Made by a program: the position numbers and the translations under genes | Source of the DNA: the human T2T-CHM13v2.0 reference genome, Homo sapiens | DNA: 64,000 nucleotides | Assembly (NCBI RefSeq): GCF_009914755.1 | Contig: NC_060925.1 | Reading direction: 5' to 3' (one strand) | Shown: piece by piece, positions 40,033 through 51,900 of the stretch | Position numbering within the stretch: position 1 is the first letter of the stretch | How the letters are laid out: each line of letters begins with the position of its first letter | The notes under the pieces: generated by a model | The model's input: the letters and a program-made list of their open reading frames with translations, nothing else | The model's database searches: none | Told to the model about the DNA's origin: nothing

Positions 40033-41459
40033 ATAGGCTCCTCCACCCTTCTTTGCAGCTTAATGCTCCCAATGCTACCTCTGATATGTCACTGGAAACC
40101 AGAGAAAACTTTTTAAAGCACAAATCACACCACTCCTCTGCCTTAAACCCTTCAAAGTTTTACCATTGCTTCCACAGTAAAGAATTAAACTCCTTAACTG
40201 CTTCACATGTGCTGGGATGCCAGCCTTGTCCTACTGACCCTCTTTGCTGTCCCATTACTGCCCCTTGCTCTCTCTCTGGGGTGGACTTTTGCTCAAATGT
40301 TCTCCTCCTCCCTCATTGTCTGAGGAATTCACCCCCGCAGAGCTCAGTCCACCTAGCACAGCCTTCAGGAAGCTTTCTCTGGCCCCACCATCCAGGTTAG
40401 GTCTTCCTAGGATTACTTTCTTAGAAGTGTTCTCCTTTCCTTCAAAGCACATGCTTTGGTTTTAATTAGTCACTCATCTGTGTGACTATCTGGCTAGTAT
40501 CTGCCCCCACAATTCCATGAGACGGAGAAAAGACCTCGCCTGATTTTATTCAGAGTCATCACTAGGGGCTAACACACCACATTGACCCTCATGGGCACTC
40601 AATACATATTACTGATGGATGGAATGAATGAATGAATGAATGGCTGAGAAAAGGCTAATCGCTGTAGGTTTGACAAAGCTGGTAGCCCCCATCCAGGTCA
40701 TCTTAACACTCTGATCATGCCATTTTATTAGACCAAACACGAGATTGGCTCCTAAGAAAAAAAATAAGAAACAGCCCCTCTTCTCAGCCCCACTTTGATT
40801 ACACAGAGCAGTGCCATGGAAGGTCAAGTGCACAGACATTGGTTCAAGTCTTGATGTCAGCTCCTCCTAAAAAATCCACACTCTATGAAATAAAACAGTA
40901 ATTCCAGAAGACCTGTGCCAATAAACCCAGAACTTCACAGACCAGCCCTCTTCCTGGTAGGTCTCAGCTTGCACAAACCACCTTCAGGTTTAGAACCAAG
41001 ACCAGAGAAATGGGTAGACCAGGAAAATTCTAGGAGCCCACAAGAGATGCTGGAAAGGGCCAGAACCTGGAAGTCCAGACCCTTAGCTTCAAATCTGATA
41101 TTCACTCTCCCAGAGCATGTCCTGGGGTTGTCATCTCCCTGCCTCATTCCAGTCCCCAAGCCCTTTGGGGGCAAAGAGCTCAGCGCCGAGGACCTTGGAT
41201 ATTTCTCCCCTCCTTTGAGGGTGGCAGTGGCTGTCAGTTCACTCCTGGGTCCACGCCCACTCCCCCATCACATGCCCCCACCCCCTGAGCTCTGGCTTTT
41301 GTTCTGGAGAAATCATGTTCTTCGATTCTGCTAGAAATTAAGATGCACTCTACTTGGTTAGTCACTCCTGCATCACTAAAACCAGGGGAAAGAACCTGCT
41401 TCTTGTCTTCCAACTCTCTCCTCCAAAGGCCTTTTCAAAGGGAAAGGGAAAAACCACAC

Positions 41460-41705
41460 AGCGACATCCCCTTGCAGCTCCAGGCGCTTTAATGAATTCC
41501 AGCCTTCAGGGAGAACGACGGCTGTGTTAACGGTGCTGGTGAAAAATGAGGGGAGGAACAGGGAAGCAAATTTCTTTTTATTGACTTTTAGTGAGCTATT
41601 TAATCCAAACAGCTCATTATCTGCAATATAAATATACTATATAATGGATTTTGCAATAAGAACAATTAGTTTTGCAATTAGCATGAGAATAAGCTCTCCC
41701 CAACT
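41460..41705. promoter_or_regulatory. Candidate conserved enhancer-like block
   Basis: Repeat-free AT-rich core: TTAATGAAT, TTTTATTG, TTAATCC, CATTAT, TAATGG, TTTTGCAAT x2, CAATTAG x2. Confidence 0.45.
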
Positions 41706-41899
41706 GCAGAGAAGGCAAGGCCTAGGCATTGGGGGTTGGGGAAAGCTGGGTTGGAGGAGGGGTGTGAGGAAGAGAAGTAAGAAAGCAGCCTTCCAGGTGA
41801 AGAAAGCAGAGCCCTGTCCCCCTCCTCCACTCCATATCCCATGAAGGTCTCAGATCTGCAGGGATATTGCCAGTAGACAAGATAGCAGAGTCACATTTG

Positions 41900-42112
41900 T
41901 TAAAACATAGGCTTTCAGCAGAGCTGGGTTTAAGGCTCAGTTCTGTCACTTCTCAGCTGTGCAACCCCGGGCAAGTCACTAAAGCTCTCTTCAACTCAGC
42001 TTTCTCATTTGAAAAAATGGACATCACAGTAGTACTTCTTTATAGAGTTGTTATGAGGGATGACATAGGGTGATGTACCAGTCTTTGGCATAGAGTACAT
42101 CCTTGATAAATG
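41900..42112 (+). mobile_element. MIR
   Basis: CTGGGTTTAAGGCTCAGTTCTGTCACTTCTCAGCTGTGCAACCCCGGGCAAGTCACTAAAGCTCTC. Confidence 0.75.
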
Positions 42113-44039
42113 CTTCCGAGGGTGCTGAGCTGGGATTTCTTTGCATCTCCTTGGCCAGCCTCCAGGTAGGAAGGAATTTTGTCTGTCTTTCTCACCACTG
42201 AATCCCTAGTGCCTGGCCCAGTACAGAGTGGGCACTTAATAAATATTTATTGAATAAATGTTGTTAAGCAAAGGAAACTCAACGGCTGCTTGGCCCGGTG
42301 CCTGGTACATAGTAGGCCCTTAATAAATATTCGTTGAATAGATATTGCTAAGTAAACGAAACTCAGCAGCCACTTCCCTCCTGTCACAGGGCAGCAGCCT
42401 TGTCTCAGGAAGCCTTGCAGATAAGCATAGCGGCAAAAATCAGTCTGCAAAACAAAGTGCTCTCTGCAGACCCCATGTCCAGACACAATTTCATGAATTT
42501 CCGAGCCCAGCTCTCTCTGCTTTCTGCCTTAGAGTCAGGGTATCCCACCAATGTTCCTTCTTCTCTGTGGCCAGGTGCCTTCCTGAACACAGCTTGGGTT
42601 CAGCCCTGTCCCTTCAGCTGCGCCCAGTCTCCTGCCCCTGCCCTGGACTGGAATGTGGGACATACTGGAGTTCATAGGCAATGGGAGAAGTGCTCGCATT
42701 GTATTCCAAAAGCAAAGGGAGCAGAACTTTGGGATTTTCTGAATAATCCCAAACACAGGTAAGCGCAGTAGTAAACGCACTGACACTTAGCCAGACAGCC
42801 TGGGTTTGTATCCAGGAGCTCCGTTTCCTAAATATGTGACACTGGCAGGATCTTTGATCTTATTTGACTCATCCATAAAATGGGAATCATAATAATGTTC
42901 ATTATCACCCAGAGTTTCGGGAGAATTAGATGAGAAATCCATGGGAAGCACTAGTGTTTGTTCCACAGTGAGGTCTCATCAAATGTTAATTACCATTGTG
43001 GTTACCATCTTCTGCGGTAGAGTATCAAGACCACACATAGACCACATGCCTGGGACCCAACTCCACTGCTTCCTGTCCTCTCTCCAGCAAGCTTTGGTAA
43101 AGGTGTTTCACCTTGGTCTCAACCAGCTAGCAGGTTCACTTTCAGATACTTCACACACACGATGGCATCTAAGCCTCATGTCTCTACGAGTTGGTTTAGG
43201 AATTGTGCAAGTGAGGAAGTCAAGCCTCAAGGAGGTGCAGGACTTGTTCAAGGTCATGCTGCTGGCCACTGGTGGAGCCTGGACTCAGCTCCAAATCTTT
43301 CTAAGCTCCACCCTCTTCTTCAGGAGCTAAACGTGATTCTGAAGAAATGAACAAAACAGCAAAGAAGAGAGTCCTTTTGCTCTTCCACTAAGTCCCCAGA
43401 TGTTTTGCCTGGTGCCCTGGTGCATCGTTGCTACAGTGGCAGGAGCAGGACTTAGTGGAGGAAAGAGGATGGGGCCGTTAACGAGTTCCAGGATCCCCCC
43501 AAGTCAACCCCTGGGACATACGGTCTAGCGATATCCAAAGACAGACTTCCTGTGCTCACCATGGAGCTCCTGACCTCCTGATCTTGGGCTGAGGCTGCAG
43601 TGGCCTTCAACCCCCACCAATGGCCAGCTACAGAGGGATACTCAAACATGTGGCACACACACAAATAAACAGGCAGAAAGTGAAGCTTCCCTGTACAAGA
43701 GCACACCGACAAGGAAAGTTCAGCTACAGCCCTGCTGAAGAAGGAAGGTGGCGAGAGGTCCCCCACCCAAAAGCAGAATGGATTCTCTCTGGATACAATG
43801 GCCAAGAACGTTGGCTCCAAGGATGCCCAGCCCCAACCTGAGCCCCAGTTCCGTTATTTGTCTGTTTTGTGATCCTGCACTAGTCACTTGTTCTTCCTGA
43901 GCCTCCGTTTCCTCATCTGTAAAGAGGTGATGGTAATATTCTACTTCCCGTGACTGGAGCAAGATAAAGCCTGGGAAACACAAACACTCTCTTGGCACCT
44001 ACCCAATGGCAGCTCTCACTGTCACTATCACTCTTGAAA

Positions 44040-44720
44040 AGACGGGGGCCGCGTGTGGCATCGTGCCCTCTCCCCGTCTCAGCTTCCCGCCTGTGTGAGA
44101 CATTGGGCGCGGTGGTGCCCAGGGCCCGGGCCCTTCCTCCTCCCGTTGCCCTTGCCCTCGCTCCCCCCTCTCTGCAGCCTCCCCGGAGCCGTCTGCGTCG
44201 TGTCCGGCTGAGCCCCGTGGCCCTTTCTCAGGAGAGCAGAACGGAGTGCTGTTAGTCACGGTGTGGAGAGGTGCAATCCATCCGAAAAGGCCAGCGGGAC
44301 GCGGAGAGGTCATCTCCATTACAAACTGGCTGTGATTAAGCCATTACTTACCGTAATGGGATCCTTGCAGTCGTAGGTGATGCCTGCCACAGCCGATAAG
44401 CCGCAGCGGCCACCGCGGCCCGGCAGGCTGCAATAACACAGGCTCTCCCCTCTGTGACAGGTTCAAGCTCTCACGCTCATCGAAAAGTCCATTTTCCAGC
44501 ACAACTGGGTACACTTCCCCATGACAAATGCCTGTTCGCCTTTAATCTGTTACAAGCCGAAGAAGCCCAAAGGAAGCACTCCATCACGGGAAGAATGTTT
44601 TTATAAGCGTGCTCTTTGAGGGCCCCGAGTGAGGGGCTGCGGCAGCGCGGGGACGCGGGATGGCTGCACATTTACGGGGAACGACGGCGGGGGTGGGCAC
44701 AGGCAGGTCCAGAGCTGCCG
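44040..44720. promoter_or_regulatory. CpG island with no evident gene start (orphan), containing an enhancer-like core
   Basis: ~47 CpGs in 44041-44700 by manual count and GC-rich, versus CpG-poor surroundings; no coding exon seen. Confidence 0.75.
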
Positions 44721-45045
44721 CTGGGAGGAGGGGTGTGCCCATGGTGTGTGGGTTCGGGAGGAGTGTGTGGGTTCACACAGGCGTGTGGGGGTGTACCTTC
44801 ATGTGCCTGTGCTTCAGGAGGGTGTGGGGGCGTCTGGGAGGGTGTAGAGGTGTCCACGTGTGCTCATATGTGTGAGTGCACGTGTGTGTCTGTGAGCCAG
44901 GGCAGGAGGGGGATGTTAATATCTACAGTGTGTGAGGAGATAAGTGCGGGGTGGTGGGGTTCAGATACGTGTTCAGGATCCTGGAGCTTCTACAAGCGTG
45001 TAAGAGTAGAGGTGTGTAAGTGTGTGTGTGCTTGCATAAGGGTCT

Positions 45046-45544
45046 AGGTGTGTGTCTCTGGGTGTGTGTGTGTCCCTGGCTGAGGGCCCAAGTGTGTGTG
45101 GGTGTGCCTGAGTGTGTGTGTGCCTGTCTGTTGGGGGTGTGCGTGTGTATGGGTCTGGGTGAGGGCCTGGGTGTATGTGTGTCTAGGTGTGTGTGTGTCC
45201 CTGGGTGAGGGCCTGAGTGAGTGTGTGTGCCTGTCTGTTGGAGGTGTGCGTGTGTATGTGTCTGGGTGAGGGCCTGGGTGTATGTGTGTCTAGGTGTGTG
45301 TGTGTACCTGGGTGAGGGCCTGGGTGTGTGTGTCTCTGGGTATGTGTGTGTGTGTGTCCCTGGGTGAGGGCCTGGGTGTGTGTGTGTCCCTGGGTGAGGG
45401 CCTGGGTGTGCGTGTGTCTCTGGGTGTATGTGTGTGTGTCTCTGGGTGAGGTCCTGGGTATGTGTATATCCCTGGATGAGGGCCTGGGGGGGTGTGTGTG
45501 CCCCTGGGTAAGGGCCTGGGTGTGTATGTGTCTCTGGGTAAGGG

Positions 45545-45580
<36 letters not shown>

Positions 45581-45625
45581 TGTGTGCCTGGGTGAGGGCC
45601 TGGGTATGTGGGGCGTGTCTAGGGA
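45046..45625 (+). repeat. GT-rich minisatellite/VNTR, core CTGGGTGAGGGCCTGGG + (TG)n
   Basis: About 12 copies of GGGT(G/A)AGGGCCTG separated by variable TG runs; 107-bp higher-order repeat (TGCCTGTCTG at 45121 and 45228). Confidence 0.92.
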
Positions 45626-46577
45626 AAGACCTGGGCATACATTCCTGTGCACATGATAGAGAGGGTATGTGTGTGGCATATATGTGATCATTCACGTGTC
45701 TACCTGAAGAGGGACAGAATGAGTCTAACTGACAAAACCAGCTTCCCCAGGCCCCACGAGTGATTATTTTCTTGCAGTCCCCAGGGCCTCCTGAAAATGT
45801 GGGTGTGGCCCTAAGCACAGGCCCTTAGGTCCTCATAGTTCACGCCAAGGTTGTCCCAACACCTAGGAGGTTCCTGGGAGGCTGGGGATGCACCCTGAAC
45901 TGGGGATTGGGAATGAGGAAGGGGGCATCAGTGCCCAGAGATCCTCTCCTTCCAGACTAAATTCTGGGTGCAGAGTCAGGGCTCCAGAGGATCTCAAGAT
46001 CCCCCTCTCAGAAGGGGCACTCAGTTCCGGGTTGACACTAAAGCCTACAAGAGTCATGTCCATCTGAGGATGGCCACGGGGTGGGAGAAGTAGGGCAACC
46101 CTGGAGCAGCCCACAGAGGTACTGGTAGTGCTCAAGCCGCCTGACCAGCCTAGAGTCTGCCAAGGCCAGAAGAGCCAGACCTGGAGACAGCCAGGATGCA
46201 GGAGAAGGGTGGCTGCCTTGTGCCCAGGAGTTACTAAAAGGGACGCTGCAGCCTAGGGCTCTGCAGTTTTCTGGTCTGAGGAATGCGCCCCTGGTGCTGG
46301 AGGGAGATGGAAAGAAACATGCACCAAGTACCCAGCATGTGCCCCACCCTGTGGGAAGTGCTTTACAAACTTGGTCTCATTTCATGATCATCAGTATTGA
46401 TACCACCATGCACTCACCACCAGCAGGCACAGGCACTGTAGCAAGGGGTCTACACTCAGAATCCCCCTGGATTTTTCTTAAGAATCTTTACTGAGGACCC
46501 ATTCTGTGCCCACCAAGGACTTTGAGTACATTATTTATTATGATTATGAGCATGATTATTATAAATAGCTATCACTA

Positions 46578-47068
46578 GATGTTGGTGGGAATGCAAATTA
46601 GTACAGCCACTATGCAGCACAGTATGGAGGTTCCTCAAAAAACTCAAAATAGAACCACCATATGATCAGCAAGCCCGCTACTGGGTATAGATCCAAAAGA
46701 AAGGAAATCAATACATCAAAGAGATAATCTGCACTCCTGTGTTCATTGTAGCACTCTTCACAGTAGCTGAGAGACGGAATCAACCTAAGTGCCCATCAAG
46801 AGATGAATGGATAAAGAGAATGTGGAATACATACACCATGGAATATTATTCAGCCATAAAAAAAAGTATAAAATCCTGTCGTTTGCAGCAACATGGATGG
46901 AACTGGAGGCCATGAGGTTAAGTGAAATCAATTAGGCACAGAAAGACAAATATCACATGTTCTCACTCATAGGTGGCAGCTTAAGAAGGGGATCTCATGA
47001 AGATAAAGAGTATATTAGTGGTTACCTGAGGTCAGGAAGGGGAGAAGTGAGGGGTATGGAATAAATAA
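46578..47068 (+). mobile_element. L1MA-like fragment (ORF2 end / start of 3' UTR)
   Basis: GTTGGTGGGAATGCAAATTAGTACAGCCACTATG..GGAGGTTCCTCAAAAAACT..AATCAACCTAAGTGCCCATCA..CAGAAAGACAAATATCACATGTTCTCACTCAT; TSD-like ATAAAT(A/T)GCTA(T/C)CAC. Confidence 0.9.
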
Positions 47069-48759
47069 ATAAATTGCTACCACAAATTGACCCCTTATTC
47101 TGTGCAAAGTATGTGCGTGTGATTCACACACATGATCTCATTATATGAATAGTAATAGCAATAGCCAACGGCTGATTGAGCCCCTAATGTGAGCATTATG
47201 TCTATAACAACATGACGTCCTCCCTGAGGAAGGTGAGGGTCAGGGCCAGGCAGCCAAGTGCTTTGGGTCCCACCACCAACCAGCAGAGGATCCAGCATTA
47301 GAACTGTGGCCTGCCTTCCAGAAGGCTCCTTGAGGGAAGGTTCTAGCAAGAATATCTCCTTTGCCTGCCTCTCACCCTGGAGCCTCACACCAGCTGAGCA
47401 GACGGCAAAACCAGGGTGCACTTGCTTGCGGACTGATGGAGACTGTTAAATTCATTCAACAGTCAGGTCCGTGGGTGGAAACCACCCAAGTCCTCCACTT
47501 AATAGAAAAAAGTAATAAGTGCTAAGGAAAACCTCCTGACCTCAGTATTCATATCAGAAAACATCCTGCAAAATAAAAACAGTAGCATCTGTAAACTGTT
47601 TCACCTTTCCGCATATTATGGTGCCCAAGGTTGCACACTGGGGAATGTCAGAGCCAGGATTCAGCACAACTCTCCTTCCCCACCCATGCTCTTAGAGATC
47701 CAGGACTGGGGAGAGCATGACTTATTTTTCTCTGTTCCAAAGAGGATATTCTGGAAACGTATGATTGTGTCTGCTGTTGAATGTGTAGTCTATTTTATAA
47801 AAAGGTATGTGCAAAAGGAGTGGCCAGGGTGAGCCCCGGATGAAGCAGAGGATGGAGAGGAGACACAGGCAGGAGTGGGGACTTGTGACTTTGAGGTCCT
47901 GGGGGCTGTGCCCTGGGGTTGGTGGATGTGAGAGCAACAGAAGACAGGAGTTTCCTGGGAGCAATTATTCTACTTGGAAGAGGAGCAGGAGGCAGAGGAA
48001 TGGAACACAAATTTATTGAACATCAACTGCGAGTCAGGCACAGTGCTAGGCCCTTACCTTCCTAATCCCATTTAATCACCCCATCCACAAAGCAGACAGA
48101 AAATGTCCATCCCACAAATGACAATGCTGAAGCTCAGAGAGTTTAAGTAAGTTGCTTAAGATCACGCAGTTCATCAGCAGGGAAACAGAATACAAAACCA
48201 GATCAGGAGAGCTTATTCTCCTATATGTCAAACTTTGTGCACCTGACTTCCAAGCCTTCCTGCTGTAACTGTGGGCCTGGAGCCTCCTCAGCCCCAGAGT
48301 CCTCAGCCTTCAGCTCCCCTGTGAGCACTGCTCATCCTTCTGATGGAATTTGGAATCTTGTTGGCCTGAGAGCCGGGGACCTCCATTCTCTGCCCCAATT
48401 TTCCTTCCCAAAATGCTAGCCTGAGACCCTCTCTCTGGTCTTTGAAGGAGCTGTCCACTCTCCCCAGACCCTCCCAAAGCCTCTCCTTTGCTGGCCTGGG
48501 CACCCACTGCTCTCACAGCACATGCTCTGGGTGGAAGGAAGCAGGGAAGCTGCTCTGCTCCCTCGTCTCTTCCCCAGTGGATTTCTGCTCTGTCCTGCAC
48601 ATTCTATGGAGGAAAAGGGTCCAACTTTGACCGTCTGGGACACCTTCCCAGCAAGTGTCCTCTTCTCCAGATCATGGCCCTTTCTGAGTTATACCCTCCC
48701 CAGTGGGCATTTAGCTCATTTCTGGAACTAAATGGCCAGTGGCTGGCCTGGTCAATGGA

Positions 48760-49057
48760 CAAGTTATACTCCTATTCATCCTTCAGATCTCAGACCAAAC
48801 ATCACTTCCTCAGGGAAGGCCTCCCTGACCCACCCGCGGACGCTCATTGCACTGTAAATTTGTCCCTCAGATTATTCTATACAATATCCAACCAAATCAT
48901 ACATAACATCATTCAGCGTTCGGTATTTGCCTCCCCTAATGAGCTGTGCACGCCATGGAGGTAAGGATTCTGTGTATCTTGTTCGACTATGAATCCCAGG
49001 CATTCTGCACACGATAGGAATGCAGTAAATATTTACTGAATGAATAATGAATGAATG
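48760..49057 (+). mobile_element. L2 3' end
   Basis: ATTCATCCTTCAGATCTCAG..CATCACTTCCTCAGGGAAGGCCTCCCTGACC...AAATATTTACTGAATGAATAATGAATGAATG. Confidence 0.8.
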
Positions 49058-49153
49058 CTCCAGACAGAATTGGGGCTCCCTCCTCTGGGCTCCCACAGTT
49101 CTCTGGACACAGCTTCTTTACCACTCTATCACACTGTGCCATAAGCCTCTATT

Positions 49154-49567
49154 TCAGAGTCTCAAACTCACAGCACGAGAGTCAAACCAGGCCCACAATT
49201 TTAAAGTAAGAGATGTTTTATATATATATATAGATAGATATAGATATATATATATAGATAGATATATATATATAGATAGATAGATAGATAGATATAGATA
49301 GATAGATAGATATAGATATAGATATAGATATAGACATAAAACCTAAACATTTAATTTATCTTGAAGAATAGGAAGATATGGCAGTGTTGTGCCACATTCC
49401 CACCTTGCAACAATCACGTGGAACTGAGTGGCAGCTGCCACCCTCTAGGTGGGGCCCCAAGTCTCCAGGTTGCCCCTCCCCAACTCCCTGTTCTTCTTAC
49501 TCAGACCCAATTCACCCATCTCCATTACCACCCTGGCCATGGAAGGCACTTGGGTTTGTGACCCCCC
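49154..49567 (+). mobile_element. MER102-like hAT-Charlie transposon with internal microsatellite
   Basis: TTGAAGAATAGGAAGATATGGCAG..CACATTCCCACCTTGCAACAATC..GGAACTGAGTGGCAGCTGCC; termini CAGAGTCTCAAAC / GTTTGTGACCCC. Confidence 0.65.
49218..49335 (+). repeat. Compound (TA)n/(TAGA)n/(TATAGA)n microsatellite
   Basis: Direct inspection. Confidence 0.95.
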
Positions 49568-49997
49568 TCTCTGTTTCCATAGCCCTTCCCCTTCCCTCCC
49601 CCGGCTGAGCACTCCCCTGCATGGGGTCCACACGGAGAAGATGCACCTCAAGGTTGGCTGAACGAGTGAACAAAAGCCAGAGCAAAAGGAAGCTACAGGG
49701 AGTGGTGACACCAAGTGGAGTGAACCTGAGTGTTGAGAGAAGAGAATGCCTTCCCTGAGGAATGGGAGCACCGGATTAGACGCTCTTTAGGGATTAGTCC
49801 AGAAAAGATAATTGAGTGTACCAAACACTTTGTATTTTGTCTCATTAGCTGCTCTGATGCTTGCCATGCTTAAAGTTGAGGGTGGTAAGTAGGTTAATCT
49901 CATTGAACTGGTTTAATAAGTAGAAATCCATTTTTAAATGTCTCCCAAGGATGGAAATCTTTGCTATGGCCCGGCTCCCCAAAGCGGCCTGGGACTC

Positions 49998-50032
49998 TAC
50001 TGCCACCTGGTGACAATGAGTGCATATTGCAG
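49998..50032 (-). promoter_or_regulatory. CTCF binding motif with upstream (U) module
   Basis: Minus strand CTGCAATATGC-ACTCA-TTGTCACCAGGTGGCAGTA; core matches CCACCAGGTGGCAG at all but one position; TGCA module at typical spacing. Confidence 0.65.
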
Positions 50033-50102
50033 GAAGAGTGTACTAAAAAGACAAGTGGTCAAGAACCTGGACCCTCCCCTGCCAGAAACAACCCTGAAAA
50101 GG

Positions 50103-50438
<336 letters not shown>

Positions 50439-51229
50439 TTAAAGGAGGAATTAAATTTAGTGCAACTCAAAACACAATTACCTAGTATTTGAGGTATCTG
50501 AGCTTGGAGTTTCCAACCCTCTGGGAGCTTCTAACTATAATCACGACAGACATACATAATTTACTCTAATGCAAAGTAGACTGAGGCCCAGGTCCAGAAC
50601 TGTCAAATCCTTCTGCATGTGGGTGCTTCTGCTCAGCTTGAACTAACAACCAAGAGCTGGCAAATATGGACCAGGCACCAAGTAAAGTGTTTCTTACACA
50701 TTTTTCTTTTCTCCAGTAAACCTTCACAACAATCTTCTAAAGTCCTATTATTACCCCATTCTACAGGACAAGGAAATGGAGGCTCAAAGAGTTGACATCA
50801 AGTGCCCATGGTCAAGAGCTACCATGAGCAGCAGAGAAAGGACTCAGGTCTGGCTTAGGTCTGGCTGACTCCAGGCCCTTCACTGCTTCTCTATAGTTTC
50901 CTATCTGCTCTAGACCCAAGGTAACCTCTTTGAAATTCCAGAGCTCACCCAAAACCAGCATCTCCCCTACCTGTAATTCCTGGAAGGACGGAATAGCACA
51001 AAGAGGAATGTTAGAACTTCCCACCTCATACCTTGGTTGTCTCCCTGTCCTTTCTGTCCTCTCCTCCTCCGCCTCTGTTCTACAAGACCCTCTGGGGCTC
51101 TTCTGGTCCCTGCCTGCCCCAGGGGAGGCTAGCTGCCTGTCCTGAGTCTGGATCCCAGGATTTTGGTCATCCCCATGCCAAGTTCACATCCCATCTGGTG
51201 GCATGGAGCCTGGTTTGCTGATCGGCAAG

Positions 51230-51900
51230 TTCACAGCATGAGCCTGTGCTCCCCAGAGAGAAATACAAAACCATAATTGTCCCCAGATTGGCTTGTGTTC
51301 TTTGTAGAAAGAAACAATACACAGCCTTTGTGTTCAAAAGAAAAAATTACTGAAACAAAAAATTTCCAGTTCACACTCTTTTGAATTGAGAGAAATAAGT
51401 AAACACTATTTCCCAAATCTATGTTCACTGGGAAGCCTCCTTTTATTATATTTATGCAAAAACATGAGCCAAATCTCATCCTACGCTGATATAAGACACA
51501 TTTGATAATAAAATGCAAACGCTGTTTGCAAAGAATTAGAGAGGATCAAGTTCTGGTCTATTGTGAGGACTAGTTTTAAAATTAAGACTTTTAAGCTTCA
51601 TGTATCCCAATTTTATTTTGCAATAATCCATGCCTTCAACTTACCCTGTTTATATTTGCTCCGAAAAATGTAGCCAAAAATTCACTGAACATTGATTGTG
51701 AAAAGGGTAACTCATTATCTGCTTTCATCCAGAAATAACAGAGAACGAAAGAAAGGTGTTTGCTTGTGTTCCCACAATTCTTTGGGAAATATTTGCTTTC
51801 AGACATTTTGTAATATTGTGACGTGTGCACATTTCTGCATGGAAGCTTTGTAATTTTTAAAAAGATACCAAAAGGAGCAGAAAGGAGACTAAAGGTTTGC
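51230..51900. promoter_or_regulatory. Long AT-rich repeat-free block, candidate conserved non-coding element
   Basis: CCATAATTG, TTTATGCAAA, ATGCAAA, TGTTTGC, TGTTTAT, TGATTG, TGACGT; no recognisable repeat consensus. Confidence 0.35.

Noticed and set aside
45183-45818. 211-aa His/Thr-rich ORF
   Set aside because: Translation of the (TG)n-rich VNTR on the reverse strand.
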